DNA from: Cyanobacteria bacterium P01_A01_bin.123
GTDB lineage: Bacteria; Cyanobacteriota; Cyanobacteriia; Phormidesmidales; Phormidesmidaceae
Assembly (NCBI GenBank): GCA_039815185.1
Contig: JBCBZT010000030.1
Location: forward strand, 1-64,000
Length of the DNA: 64,000 bases
Direction: 5' to 3'
Shown: positions 29,151 through 40,460 of the stretch, in pieces
Layout of the letters: each line of letters starts with the position of its first letter
How positions within the stretch are numbered: position 1 is the stretch's first letter
Notes under the pieces: generated by a model
Databases searched by the model: none
What the model was told of the DNA's origin: nothing
The model's input: only the letters and a program-made list of their open reading frames with translations
Made by a program: the position numbers and the translations under genes

Positions 29151-31238
29151 TTAAGTGACGCCTGAGAGCAGCACCAAACCCAGTACAGCTCCGAACACAA
29201 TCAGCGCGTAGAATTGCGCTCGACCGTTCTCCAGGTACTTTAGTCCTTCTCCGGTAACCAGGGTAACTAAACCTGCCAGATTGACGATGCCGTCTACAAT
29301 CCGGATATCAATTTCGAGCACCTGTTTGGCCAATTTGCGGCTGCCCTGGACAAACACCACGTCGTAGATGTCATCGATATACCACTTGTTCAATGACAGT
29401 TGGTATAGCGGTTCAATCTGCTTGGCGATAGCGCGGGGATCAATCTGCTTAGCCAGATACATCAGTGAGGCCAGGGTAATGCCAATTAGGCCTATCCCCA
29501 CAGAGCTGCCGCCCATGATCAGGAATTCATTCCAATCGAAGGCTTCCCCTGCTTCTAGGGCCACCTCGGCCACCCCGGCCATCTCTTCTCCGGGGGCATG
29601 AATAAATGCCTCAAAGTAGTTCAGAAAGGGTGTCCCAACCAAACCAATCAAGGCAGAAGGTACGGCCAAGGCCATCAACGGAAAGGTCATTGATAGGGGA
29701 GATTCATGGGGTTCACTGGCATGGTGATGATCGTGCTCCTCATGCTCAGCCTCAGCTTCTAAGGTCAATTCCTGAGGATTCATCGCCCCAGGACCTAGGG
29801 AAGCCCCCATGCGCTGGAGCTGCTCTCGCTTGAGCTGACGCTTGATGCTATCATCGGTGCCGCGAAAATCGCCTTCGAAGGTGCTGAAATACATGCGGAA
29901 CATGTAAAAGGCGGTTGCTCCTGCGGTTAACCACCCAATGCCCCAAAGGACAGGACTCACGGCAAAAGTGGAGCCCAAAATTTCGTCCTTAGACCAGAAT
30001 CCTGCAAAAGGGGGGATGCCGCAAATTGCCAGGGTGCCAATCAAAAAGGTGACGGCTGTGATCGGCATATATTTTCGCAGGCCACCCATCAGTCGCATAT
30101 CTTGGGCCAGCACCGCATCATGCCCGACAACCCCTTCCATGCCGTGGATCACCGAACCTGACCCCAAAAACAGCATGGCTTTGAAATAGGCGTGGGTCAT
30201 CAGGTGAAATAATCCTGCACCGTAGGCTCCTACACCCATGGCCATAACCATGTAGCCGAGCTGCGACATGGTGGAATAAGCCAATCCTTTCTTAATATCG
30301 TTTTGGGTAATCGCAATACTGGCCCCCAGGAACGCAGTGACAGCCCCTGTCCAGGCAATCACATCCATCGTCACGGGCAACCCTTCAAACACCGGGAACA
30401 TTCGCGCTACCAAAAACACCCCAGCCGCCACCATGGTCGCAGCGTGAATTAAAGCGGAGATCGGTGTGGGGCCTTCCATGGCATCAGGTAACCACACGTG
30501 TAAGGGAAATTGAGCCGACTTAGCCATAGGGCCAAGGAACACCAGAATCGCCATAATTGCAGCGATCGCAGTACTCAGTTCACCACTCTGGACAAGATCG
30601 CCGAGACGCTCACCCATGACCTCAAAGTCAAAGCTACCCGTGGCCCAAAATAGCGCCAGCATGCCTAGCAGCAAACCAAAGTCTCCGACTCGGTTAGTGA
30701 CAAAGGCTTTTTGACAGGCATCGGCAGCAGCTTTACGGTCATACCAAAAGCCAATCAGTAGGTAGGAACACATCCCCACCAGCTCCCAAAACACATAAAC
30801 CTGAAGCAGGTTAGGGCTGATCACAAGGCCCAACATGGAGGAGCTAAACAGGCTGAGATAGGCATAAAACCGCACATAACCCGGATCGTGGGCCATATAA
30901 CCATCGGTGTAAATCATCACCAAGAAGGCCACAGTGGTGACAATCACTAGCATCAACGATGCCAGGTGATCGATGGTGTACCCCATGGTCAGGTGAAAAT
31001 CCCCTGCTGAAGCCCACTCAATCATGAAGGAGTAGGGTTCATGGCCCTGCACCTGACTCCAAAACAGCGCAAATGACAGCGCCATCGCTGCCCCAATCAA
31101 CGAGACAATAAATACAGCAGAGGCCTGCCGTAGCTTACTGGTTGCTTGACTGTAAGAAATTAAGCCCATACCCACAATTGCGGCTCCCAGCAACGGGAGA
31201 ACCGGAATGAGCCAGGCGTATTGATAAATTAATTCCAT
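29151..31238 (-). CDS. ndhF: NAD(P)H-quinone oxidoreductase subunit 5 (NdhF1)
   Basis: YQYAWLIPVLP, KSAQFPLHVWLPDAMEGPTPISALIHAATMV, ENGRAQFYALI. Confidence 0.97.
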   Translation of the reverse strand: MELIYQYAWLIPVLPLLGAAIVGMGLISYSQATSKLRQASAVFIVSLIGAAMALSFALFWSQVQGHEPYSFMIEWASAGDFHLTMGYTIDHLASLMLVIVTTVAFLVMIYTDGYMAHDPGYVRFYAYLSLFSSSMLGLVISPNLLQVYVFWELVGMCSYLLIGFWYDRKAAADACQKAFVTNRVGDFGLLLGMLALFWATGSFDFEVMGERLGDLVQSGELSTAIAAIMAILVFLGPMAKSAQFPLHVWLPDAMEGPTPISALIHAATMVAAGVFLVARMFPVFEGLPVTMDVIAWTGAVTAFLGASIAITQNDIKKGLAYSTMSQLGYMVMAMGVGAYGAGLFHLMTHAYFKAMLFLGSGSVIHGMEGVVGHDAVLAQDMRLMGGLRKYMPITAVTFLIGTLAICGIPPFAGFWSKDEILGSTFAVSPVLWGIGWLTAGATAFYMFRMYFSTFEGDFRGTDDSIKRQLKREQLQRMGASLGPGAMNPQELTLEAEAEHEEHDHHHASEPHESPLSMTFPLMALAVPSALIGLVGTPFLNYFEAFIHAPGEEMAGVAEVALEAGEAFDWNEFLIMGGSSVGIGLIGITLASLMYLAKQIDPRAIAKQIEPLYQLSLNKWYIDDIYDVVFVQGSRKLAKQVLEIDIRIVDGIVNLAGLVTLVTGEGLKYLENGRAQFYALIVFGAVLGLVLLSGVT

Positions 31239-31418
31239 CGACTCTAATGCCTACCCCATGTGTATTGTGTCGAGTTGGCAAAACCGTTTACATTTTGCCA
31301 CACCCTGCTGCTGGCGATGTCTAACTTCAGACATAATGCAGATTATTGTGGGCAAATGAGAACCAAATGCCGAGACTTTGACAAAGCGCTTCAACAGATT
31401 TCAGTTTGCTTAGGCAGG

Positions 31419-32402
31419 CTAGCGCGATCGCTTCAGGTGATCAATCTCTTGCTGTAAGTCTTGCAGCTCTCGCCGCAGTCGTTCGACCTCGCTACTGGCT
31501 TTAGGATTGGGCTGCGGAGCAGCATCTACAGGGACTTCCACTGCCCCTTCCGCTGACGCATGGGGATAGTCCCCCCCTTTAATCTGCTGGTATTCTTCAG
31601 ACGCCGCCCACTCCTTTAAATAGTGGAGCCGTTCTACGGCAAACGGATGGCTCATCATCATGCCCTGACCGCCGTTATAAATTAAAAACTTATAAATCTG
31701 GTTGAGACCGTCTTCGTCGAGCTGCTGGTAACGATCGCCCTGGCGTTCAAATTCCAGCAAGCTGATCTCATGACCCAGACGGTGGCTGCCCCCCGCAATT
31801 TTCATCATGGTAGTCATCACCAGTTGGACATCATCGGTGACCAGCAGGGCGGCTCGATCGGCAGACAGTTCGGCCTTGCGTCGCCATTCGTAAAAGGCAT
31901 AGATCAACCCGCTGCTGATCATGTTGCCTAGACCAAACGTCATTTCGCCGATAAAAGCAGCGGTATTCATCGCCCAAATTGCCATCTGAATCAGGGTGGT
32001 GTGACCACATTTGATGTGGCCCAGTTCGTGGGCGATCACGGTTTTAAGCCCAGCATCGTCAAGCAGATCCAGCAGCCCCGTATTGATGACGATGCAGGGG
32101 TGCTCTTCACCCAAGGCATAGCTATTGGCTTGGGGGTTTTGGGCCACAAACAGCGTGGGTTCGGGTTGCATGTCCAGCGATCGCACGCAATCCCGAAAAA
32201 TTTGATAGAGGGTGGAATATTGTCGTGGCCCGACCTGAATCCCATTGGCCATCAGGTAAACAAACTGGGGTCGTTCGTAGACAAATTCGACAAATTTTCG
32301 CGCCAGCAGATCAAAGCCAGGCAGCGAGCGTAGGGCTGCTTCCGACTGCTGATCGAGGGGATGACGAAAGGCCTCGCTAGAGATTTCAGGATAAATTGGC
32401 AT
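31419..32402 (-). CDS. M48 family Zn metallopeptidase
   Basis: FRHPLD, AHELGH, W.RKAELSADR, SHPFAVER. Confidence 0.92.
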   Translation of the reverse strand: MPIYPEISSEAFRHPLDQQSEAALRSLPGFDLLARKFVEFVYERPQFVYLMANGIQVGPRQYSTLYQIFRDCVRSLDMQPEPTLFVAQNPQANSYALGEEHPCIVINTGLLDLLDDAGLKTVIAHELGHIKCGHTTLIQMAIWAMNTAAFIGEMTFGLGNMISSGLIYAFYEWRRKAELSADRAALLVTDDVQLVMTTMMKIAGGSHRLGHEISLLEFERQGDRYQQLDEDGLNQIYKFLIYNGGQGMMMSHPFAVERLHYLKEWAASEEYQQIKGGDYPHASAEGAVEVPVDAAPQPNPKASSEVERLRRELQDLQQEIDHLKRSR

Positions 32403-32413
32403 GGCTCAGGGGG

Positions 32414-34206
32414 CTAACGATCGAGTCCAGTCACCGTCAAATCTGCGGGATGATCCACTGTGAACTGGTAGCTCAACTGGATTTGCTCCCCAGGCTCTAG
32501 GGTGAGTTGCCACTGGCAAAGTCCTGCTTCATTGACGGTTGCAGATGGTTCTAGCTTATCAACTTGAATCTGAATCTGCGGACTACGGCTAACGGGCAAG
32601 TGCTCGATCACTCTAACGATAGCCCCATGGCTGAGGTGGTTGGTCAAAACGGTCTCAAACGCCAGGGTGTGGTGGTGTTGGTCAGCCGCTTCCAGTTCTC
32701 GCTTAGTGAGGGTACGCTTGATTTGGAGCTGTTCTTCTACGCCGAGATCAAAGGAAAAGGATTGTCCTGGTGCGACGTAGTCTAGCCAAGCCGCCCCAAC
32801 AAAGACGCTTTGACGAAACAGACTAACACGACCCGGTAGCAAGGGTGGCGCATCGGCTGGGTGGTGCAAAATAGCCCGCAGATAGGCCACATTCACCCGT
32901 TGGGGTAAGGCAATATACGCCAGTTGAGCCCCCATAGGTTGGCTAAAAATGGTGATGCTGTGGCCTTGATTATCACTGACTATCGTGGCGGATTCTACGG
33001 TAGGAAAGTTGGCAATGGGCCGACTGGCGCACAGGTCGCGGGTAGCAGCTTCCCGATCGAGTTGCTGCACCGCTTGGGAAATGTCAGTCCCCGGGACAGC
33101 ACCCAACATCCGATAGGCTTCTAGCAACGGGTCATTGCCGCGACTGCTCCCTCCCCCTTTAGATCCCAGACCCTTACCCATGAGTGACCGGGGGGTTTCT
33201 ATCACCCAAGGGCTCAATTCGGGCGGTGACAGGCTAAGACTCGGTTTGGCTGTGGAGAGGGTGAGTTTAACCTTGGGCCAATCTTCACCGCTATTCTGCT
33301 GTACGACGGCGAGATAGGTCAGAGTAAGGGAGGTTTGGGGTTGATTAAACCGCACATCGTAATTCGGCGTCCAACTGGCCTGACCGACTCGGTAAGAGAG
33401 TTCTAGGGTGTAAGTGCCAGGCGTTTCGGCCTGGATGTGGGCAATAGCAATATGCCCTGCCTCTTCAGGGGTATCTTGCTGCTTTTGAATCTGTTCGCGG
33501 ATGGTTTGGAGTTGCTGATCAAGGCGGTATTTCGCTTGTTCTTGTTGCGCAATCGCAGTAGAAAAATGCCGATGGCGATCACCCAGAAACTCTATCATTA
33601 ACTGAGTTTGAGATAAATCTAGCTGCTGCTGAGCCAAGCCTTGGGCATAAGTTTCAATCGTTCGTTCACTCAAGCCCTGCACAAACTGCTGCTGCAACTG
33701 TAGGCTGGCGATGTGATCTTTAATGTGGCGGTAGCGTTCTTCTAGCTGTTGCAGCTGTTTTCGTAAAGTCTCTAGCTGCGTTACTTGATCGAGCTCCATT
33801 GAGACCTTTTCGGTCTCCACGCTCAAGAGTCTGACGTTGGCGACTCCGCTCCCCCCAACGCGCAGGGATTGGGGTTTAAGGCTAGCGGGCAAACCGACGA
33901 CGATCAACTCCAATTCTTGCCCGGTTAAGGTAACTGTCCCTTGCCGAGTCACCAATGCCTGGTCGGGATAGACGGTCACTGCCACAATCTCAGTCTCAAC
34001 GACTGTTTGCTCGGACAATCGTTGGCCTGAGCGCATCTGAGCTAAAACCTGGTGGCCAGATGACATGTGTCCTAAGGACGTCTGCACGGATGTCTTTTGC
34101 TCCAGGGGCGTTTCACCCGGGGGAGTTTGGTCTGATGCTAGATCTGATGGCATTTGAACGGTTAACTCTGGCTCATCCACAGCACTCACAACCGGATTCT
34201 GCGACA
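32414..34206 (-). CDS. DUF4140/DUF4139 (MuiA-like) protein
   Basis: VTVYPDQALVTR, coiled coil, ASWTPNYD, QNSGEDW, LTLST; start uncertain. Confidence 0.88.
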
Positions 34207-34360
34207 TGTTTTGTTTGCGTACTGACACAACACCCCATCTAACTATGCCCACTCAAAACAATTTGAACACAGGTGTCAAGGGTAGTCTCTCTCTCTGCAA
34301 GGTGCTGCCTACTCATACAAGTGACTTACCAGGAACCCGCATAGTCTTCTAAATCACAAC

Positions 34361-35290
34361 CTAAATCAAAGGGGCAACCCCAGCTAAATCCAAAATTTGC
34401 GGAATCAAGTCTTCTCGGCGAATAGCCATCAAATGCACCCCCTGACAAAGCTGCTGGGCGGCTCGGATCTGCTCAGCAGCGATTTTCATGCCTTCATAGA
34501 GGGCATCAGCAGCTTGGGCCAACCGATCAATCGTGGTTTGGGGAATTTGGACACCGGGAACATTGCGATTGATGAATTGGGCATTCTTAGCCGACTTGAG
34601 CAAAAAGACACCCGCTAGCACAGGCTTATCATCCTGGGAAGCAATTTGAGTCATGAATTTTTCTAGCCGCTCAAAGTCTGAAATCAGCTGACTTTGAAAA
34701 AACTGGGCCCCGGCAGTCAACTTCCGTTCGAAACGCCGTTGCAGGCCAGACCAACTCGGAGACTGGGGATCAACAGCCGCCCCGACAAATAAACGGGTGG
34801 GTTGATCCGATAAAGGTCGATCGTGTAAGTCAACGCCGTGGTTGAGTTTTTGTACGAGCTGGAGTAGACGCACCGATTCTAAATCAAAGACCGATTTTGC
34901 CTGGGGATGATCCCCGGCTTTGACGGGATCACCCGTCAAAGCCAAAATATTGCGAATGCCTAGGGCATTGGCCCCAAGCAAATCAGCTTGTAAGGCAATT
35001 CGGTTGCGATCGCGGCAGGCCATTTGACAAATGGGTTCAATGCCATGCTGATGCAAAATGGCGGCAGCAGCCAGGGAAGACATGCGCATCACTGCCCGAC
35101 TGCCATCGGTAATGTTAACTGCGTGTACTCGGTTTTTTAGTCCCTTAGCCATCGTCAACATGTGCCCTGCATCTCCACCTTTGGGCGGCATGACCTCAGC
35201 GGTAATCAGAAAACGTTTGGCTTGCACTGCCTGGCGAAAGCGATCGCCCGATGACGCCAAGCTTGCGGTGGAGAATTGAGTAGCGGACAT
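34361..35290 (-). CDS. metF: Methylenetetrahydrofolate reductase
   Basis: ITAEVMPPKG, NITDG, CRDRNRIALQ, ILALTGD, GAQFFQSQ. Confidence 0.93.
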   Translation of the reverse strand: MSATQFSTASLASSGDRFRQAVQAKRFLITAEVMPPKGGDAGHMLTMAKGLKNRVHAVNITDGSRAVMRMSSLAAAAILHQHGIEPICQMACRDRNRIALQADLLGANALGIRNILALTGDPVKAGDHPQAKSVFDLESVRLLQLVQKLNHGVDLHDRPLSDQPTRLFVGAAVDPQSPSWSGLQRRFERKLTAGAQFFQSQLISDFERLEKFMTQIASQDDKPVLAGVFLLKSAKNAQFINRNVPGVQIPQTTIDRLAQAADALYEGMKIAAEQIRAAQQLCQGVHLMAIRREDLIPQILDLAGVAPLI

Positions 35291-35447
35291 GCGGAATCAA
35301 CGCTAAGCGGAACAGCACAATAGAAAGATTCCCCTAAGTTAGGGGAGTTCGATCTTAACCTGTTGCCCAGCCGAAATCGAGGGGACAACCCCTTGGCTCA
35401 ATTCAAGAGCACCCCCTTAAGAGGGGCAGTGTCCCCAACAAAGGATC

Positions 35448-36458
35448 CTACAAAGGGGCAGAATAACCCAAGGCCGATTTAACCTTCCCGAGGGTTAACG
35501 CCGCGATCGCGCCTGCCTTTTCGTTGCCTTGGCGCAGGACAGATTCTAAATAACTGCGATCGCCCATCAGCTCGTGGTATCGATCTTGAATCGGTTTTAG
35601 GGCTTCGATGGTCGTCTCTGTAAGCAACGGCTTGAACTGTCCCCAACCCATATCAGCACATTCGATCGCGACCGCCGCTTGAGATTGATGGGACAAAATG
35701 GCATAGATGCTAAGGAGGTTGTGGCATTCTGGGCGATCTGGGTTGTCAAACTCCAACCCCCGCACCGGATCCGTTTTGCATCGCTTGATCTTCTTTTGAA
35801 TTACCTCTGGCGGGTCGAGCAGATCGATACGGCTCAAGTCTGACGGATCAGATTTCGACATTTTACGGGTGCCATCGGTCAGGCTCATCACCCGGGCTCC
35901 CGTCTTTTGAATCAGCGGATCAGGCACCTTAAGTAAGGGATTGTCTTCGCTGGCGTACTGAAAATTAAGCCGTACGGCAATGTCCCGTGTCAGTTCTAAG
36001 TGCTGTCGCTGATCTTCACCCACAGGGACAAAGTCGGGTTCGTAAAGCAAAATATCTGCGGCTTGTAGTACCGGATAATCCAGGAGACCAATACTGACAT
36101 TTTCCCCTTGCTTCAAGGCTTTTTCTTTGAACTGAATCATCCGCTCTAGCCAGTTGAGCGGCGTAATGCAGTTGAACAACCAGGCCAGTTCACTGTGGGC
36201 AGGGAGGTGAGATTGAACGAAGACTGTAGCCTGCTGAGGATCAATGCCGCAGGCCAAATAAGTGGCTGCAACAGCATAGGTATTTGCAGCCAACTGCTTG
36301 GGATCGTGGGGAACCGTAATGGCGTGGAGGTCAGCCATAAACAGGTAACTGTCGTACTCTGCCTGGAGCTGCACCCAGTTGCGAATGGCCCCAAGATAGT
36401 TGCCCAGATGGAGGTTTCCCGTTGTCTGAATCCCGGAAAGAATACGTTTTTTACCCAT
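35448..36458 (-). CDS. trpS: Tryptophanyl-tRNA synthetase
   Basis: HLGNYLG, YPVLQAADIL, VPVGEDQ, KMSKS. Confidence 0.97.
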   Translation of the reverse strand: MGKKRILSGIQTTGNLHLGNYLGAIRNWVQLQAEYDSYLFMADLHAITVPHDPKQLAANTYAVAATYLACGIDPQQATVFVQSHLPAHSELAWLFNCITPLNWLERMIQFKEKALKQGENVSIGLLDYPVLQAADILLYEPDFVPVGEDQRQHLELTRDIAVRLNFQYASEDNPLLKVPDPLIQKTGARVMSLTDGTRKMSKSDPSDLSRIDLLDPPEVIQKKIKRCKTDPVRGLEFDNPDRPECHNLLSIYAILSHQSQAAVAIECADMGWGQFKPLLTETTIEALKPIQDRYHELMGDRSYLESVLRQGNEKAGAIAALTLGKVKSALGYSAPL

Positions 36459-36840
36459 AGCCGCTATCAAATACTATTCAACCCCTAAAGTGGCTGCTTT
36501 CACGTGCCGTTACTAACATTCCTTGCTTTAAGAAATGCCGTTCTTAGTCTACCGAGCAGCGGCGACTAACGTGCAGCAAATCCCGGTTGATTTGTCGCAT
36601 GGGGAAGCTGCACAGGCAGATTAATTTTGATTGCGGACGTAAAACGCGGTATAAGGAGTGTAAAGATTCTCTAAGAACGATAGTTCGCTTGAACTGTTCT
36701 TAAACCGCATCTGCTTTATAAGCTTGATTGGGCATGCAAAACTTTGTGGCCCAAAAAGGGAAAGCGATGGCGTTGGATGATGTGGACAAGGTCAAGCCGT
36801 CCAAAATCACTTTATTTCTGTTGTCATTTCGAACCGTTTT

Positions 36841-37143
36841 ATGGACAAATCCGCTACCGAAACTCGAATGGATGAACTACAGGCAGCAATCGCGCTGACT
36901 CGTGACGTGGCTAGCCATCCACAAGCCCATGACACGTTTAGCGTCATTAAAGCGTCCCTAGACAAGACCGACCCAGAAGCTACTGAAATGCTGAGTCTGC
37001 TGTGGCAAGAACTGGTTGCAACTCGGCGTTCCGTGGCCTTTTGGCAAGAGATCAGCCAGGTGGAAAAGAATCTATCTGAGCGCATCACTGAGAACCATAT
37101 CCAGCTGAAGCAAAATTATATGCGGTTGATTCAAGAGCAGTGA
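36841..37143 (+). CDS. Hypothetical helical/coiled-coil protein
   Basis: 100-aa ORF ending QLKQNYMRLIQEQ. Confidence 0.75.
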   Translation: MDKSATETRMDELQAAIALTRDVASHPQAHDTFSVIKASLDKTDPEATEMLSLLWQELVATRRSVAFWQEISQVEKNLSERITENHIQLKQNYMRLIQEQ

Positions 37144-37306
37144 GGGTTGAGGCAGGAATGGAGTGATTGGGGTGGCGCTTTGCGCTTCTCAAGACTTCGG
37201 GGAGGTGAGACTCAGCCAGGGGGAGTCGGGGAGCAAATTCCGAAAATCCAAAAGCGCCACTCTAAAATCCAAAATCGATTGAGTGACAAATCCCTGAGTA
37301 AGTTGG

Positions 37307-38047
37307 ATGAAATTTATTGGGGTTGATCTGGGATGGCAGTCGGGGGCGAGTGGTCTGTGTTGCTTAGGGTGGGACGGTATCCACCTAAATCTGCAAGACT
37401 TACAGCGTCAAGACACCATTGAGCAAGTCCTAGCCTGGATCGACCACATCATGGGCACAGAGCCGGGCGCGATCGCAGTCGATGCCCCCACTTTGATCCC
37501 CAACCAAACTGGTATGCGGTTGCCTGATCGCTTAGCCCATAGGCATTTTGGCCGCTATCATGCGGGTTGCTATCCGGCCAATCTCAATCTCCCCTTCGCC
37601 CAGCGCACGGTTCAGTTTGGTCTTAGCTTGGAAAAACGGGGATTTCAACACGCACCAGAGATTGAACCAGGTCGTTTGGGGCGTTATCAAATGGAAATTT
37701 TTCCGCACCCGGCAACGATCCATCTATTTGGGTTAGCGCGTATTTTGAAGTACAAAAAAGGCACCTTGGCCCAGCGTTATCCTGAACTGCTGAAGCTGAG
37801 ACAGTTTTGCTTGAGCCATCTACCTAAACACAACCCCGCCCTCCTGCTGCACGCCGAGCAACTCCCCTTACCTGAACGCACGGGCAAAGCCATGAAAGCG
37901 GCAGAAGACCAACTCGATAGTCTGATCTGTGCCTACGTAGCCGCCCACTGGTGGTATTGGGGCACGGCAAAAAACTGGGTTTTGGGCGATCGCGAGGCCG
38001 GCTACATTATCGTTCCAGCCCCCATAGATATTGCCCCGACCCCATAG
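37307..38047 (+). CDS. DUF429 family protein (RNase H-like fold)
   Basis: FIGVDLGW, AVDAP, EIFPHPA, EDQLDSLICAY. Confidence 0.9.
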   Translation: MKFIGVDLGWQSGASGLCCLGWDGIHLNLQDLQRQDTIEQVLAWIDHIMGTEPGAIAVDAPTLIPNQTGMRLPDRLAHRHFGRYHAGCYPANLNLPFAQRTVQFGLSLEKRGFQHAPEIEPGRLGRYQMEIFPHPATIHLFGLARILKYKKGTLAQRYPELLKLRQFCLSHLPKHNPALLLHAEQLPLPERTGKAMKAAEDQLDSLICAYVAAHWWYWGTAKNWVLGDREAGYIIVPAPIDIAPTP

Positions 38048-38078
38048 TAGTAAGCAGAGAAGAGAGGCATGACCCACA

Positions 38079-38267
38079 ATGCAATCTACGGCTGAATTCT
38101 ACTGCGCCTTTTGCGGCGAACCCAACACCACTTTTGTTGACCTCTCTGCTGGGTCAAGCCAGTCATATATTGAAGACTGTCAGGTCTGCTGCCGCCCAAA
38201 TCAGCTTTTCCTCACGTTGGATGAAGAAACGCTAGAGGTCGAGATTACGACCGACTATGCGGGATGA
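38079..38267 (+). CDS. CPXCG-motif cysteine-rich protein
   Basis: CAFCGE..VDLSAG..YIEDCQVCCRP. Confidence 0.9.
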   Translation: MQSTAEFYCAFCGEPNTTFVDLSAGSSQSYIEDCQVCCRPNQLFLTLDEETLEVEITTDYAG

Positions 38268-38348
38268 TGAGCAAATTTTAGATTTTAGATTGGCGAATTT
38301 GGCTTGTAGCTGGCTTTCGAAAATCCAAAATTGACCGCGATCGCCCCC

Positions 38349-39173
38349 TTAAAGATCACCCAACAAAGATAACTGCTTTCCCTGACGTTCCCAAAAAATG
38401 CGCTCCACATCGCCACGACGGTAGAGCGGGGTTTGGCCACGGCGGGAAAATCGAACTTCGATGTCAGCTGCCTTGAAGAGTTCAAATGCCTGATTTTTTT
38501 TACAGGTCAGCAGTGCTGCAGCATCTCTGAGACGGATCCACTGACGACTGAAATGCTTGAGTAATTGGGCATCCGGTTCAGTTTGAATGCGTTCAAGCAG
38601 CATTTTAGCAACATACCAGCAGGCCAGCGTGTCAGCCTCAGCTCGGTGGGAGGTCTCAACTGAAAAGCCAAAATGTTTGACCAAATCAGGCAAACTGCGA
38701 GAGGGCAAATCGGCCAGCAACAAGCGAGACAGCAGTACCGTGCAAAACCGTTGTCGACTGGGGCGTGAAAAGAATTCCCCTTGATGCTGATATTCAGCTT
38801 TCACAAACCCGTAATCAAATTCCAAATTGTGTGCGGTCAGAACGCCTGTTTTCAACAGCGGTAGGTAGCGGGGCCAAACGGTTTTAGCGTCTGGTGCTGG
38901 CGCGACCATTTCTGGCGTAATCCCAGTCAGGCGAGTGATTTGCCGGGGTACGGTGACCCCAGGATTAATCAGGTCAGTCTGCTGATGTAGAATGCCGTCT
39001 GCCAGGCTGGCTTGAAGTAGAGAAATCTCGAGGACACGGGCATTATGGGCCAAGGAGCCCGTGGTCTCAACATCAATCACGGTGAGCTGAGATTGGCTAA
39101 CCTGGCGGTAGTACGTCAGCAGGTCAGTCGAGAGTAGGGCAGATTGTCCGGAATAGGTGGCAGCAGAAACCAT
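38349..39173 (-). CDS. DEDDh 3'-5' exonuclease (DnaQ-like) with C-terminal HTH-like tail
   Basis: VIDVETTG, AHNLEFD, HRAEAD; tail IRLRDAAALL..LYRRGDVE. Confidence 0.9.
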   Translation of the reverse strand: MVSAATYSGQSALLSTDLLTYYRQVSQSQLTVIDVETTGSLAHNARVLEISLLQASLADGILHQQTDLINPGVTVPRQITRLTGITPEMVAPAPDAKTVWPRYLPLLKTGVLTAHNLEFDYGFVKAEYQHQGEFFSRPSRQRFCTVLLSRLLLADLPSRSLPDLVKHFGFSVETSHRAEADTLACWYVAKMLLERIQTEPDAQLLKHFSRQWIRLRDAAALLTCKKNQAFELFKAADIEVRFSRRGQTPLYRRGDVERIFWERQGKQLSLLGDL

Positions 39174-39179
39174 AGTGTT

Positions 39180-39722
39180 TCAACTATGGCGGATCGATGG
39201 CGCGGCAGCAAGTTGCTGGCTGGCCTGTCGAATAGTCTCAATATCAGCTGTATCCCAAGGGCGAGGTTGGCTGTGGTGAGCGACTAATAGGCCCCAAAGC
39301 CCCTGCTCGGTGATCACGGGCGCAACCAGATTGGCCTGCACCGCAATACTTTGCAAAAACTCGGTGTGACAGGGATGGATATTGGCTTGCTTAATATCTG
39401 CGATCGCGTTGATCCGGCCCTTTAAATAGAGGTCGGCGTAATCTTGGTTAAAGCAGTCATCGGCACCTGTGGAACCAAAAATAGACAGCTGGGGTTGACT
39501 GAGCGATTCGTAAACAACCTGACCCCGCCACCGCCGATAAAAGTAGTAGACAACCACCCGGTCTACCTGAAAGGTTTCTCGCAGGCCAGCTACGATTTGC
39601 TGCACCAAGCGATCGCGCTCCATCGTATTGGAGAGCCGCCGGAAGACTTGTCGCAGTCCTGGATCAGGAGAAGAGGAGAGGTTAGAGCCTGGGTTAAGCA
39701 CAGGGGAATAGGCGATCAACAA
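39180..39722 (-). CDS. Stand-alone GAF protein with DXCF cyanobacteriochrome motifs
   Basis: DRVVVY, DDCF, PCH, ANLVAPV, LWGLLVAH, PRPW. Confidence 0.85.
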   Translation of the reverse strand: MLIAYSPVLNPGSNLSSSPDPGLRQVFRRLSNTMERDRLVQQIVAGLRETFQVDRVVVYYFYRRWRGQVVYESLSQPQLSIFGSTGADDCFNQDYADLYLKGRINAIADIKQANIHPCHTEFLQSIAVQANLVAPVITEQGLWGLLVAHHSQPRPWDTADIETIRQASQQLAAAPSIRHS

Positions 39723-39855
39723 TGGACAGCGCAGGCATTGAGATCAAGGCAGACACTCAACCACAGCTTGACGCAGATAAATAATTGAGACACTACTAAA
39801 GGTAATGTAATTTTTTGCAAAACCTGGATCACTTTGGATTTCATTTAGAAATGCG

Positions 39856-40329
39856 ATGCCTAAACCAAAACTTGCCACATTTGGAGCCGGATGTTTTTGG
39901 GGGGTAGAAGCAACTTTTAGCGCCCTTAAAGGCGTGACCAAAACCTCTGTCGGCTACATGGGCGGCCATTTTGAAAACCCTTGCTATCTCGATGTCCTCT
40001 CTCGCATTACGGGCCATGCGGAGGTTGCCCAAGTGGAATATGACCCTGCGCAGGTGAGCTATGATGACCTCCTCACAGTATTTTGGCGGATTCATGACCC
40101 GACTAGTTTGAATCGTCAAGGGGGCGATCGCGGTGAGCAATATCGTTCAGTCATCTTCTGCCACTCTCCGGAACAGCAGCAATTAGCCCAGGCGTCTAAA
40201 GCTAAGTTGGAAGCTGCGGGGCACTATGACAGACCCATTGTGACGCAGATTGAAGCGGCGTCAGCTTATTGGTTAGCGTCGGAAGAGCATCAGCAGTATT
40301 TGGCCAAACATACGCGACAAAGGGTTTAA
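39856..40329 (+). CDS. msrA: Peptide-methionine (S)-S-oxide reductase
   Basis: GAGCFWG, GYMGG, TGHAE, HDPT, GEQYRS, EEHQQY. Confidence 0.96.
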   Translation: MPKPKLATFGAGCFWGVEATFSALKGVTKTSVGYMGGHFENPCYLDVLSRITGHAEVAQVEYDPAQVSYDDLLTVFWRIHDPTSLNRQGGDRGEQYRSVIFCHSPEQQQLAQASKAKLEAAGHYDRPIVTQIEAASAYWLASEEHQQYLAKHTRQRV

Positions 40330-40460
40330 AAGGAAAAAGCAAGATAGTGACATTCGCAACGGCTGCTAACCGATCAAGACAGCCTGTAGGTTATCCGAAA
40401 ACCAGTCTCAAAGTCTTGATTCCTGAAGTAGCCCCCCCGTGATACTTACTTTGCCCACCG

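Noticed and set aside
35291..35447. SAM riboswitch upstream of metF
   Set aside because: Hairpins are present but I could not find the SAM-I core motifs; more likely trpS terminator-type stems
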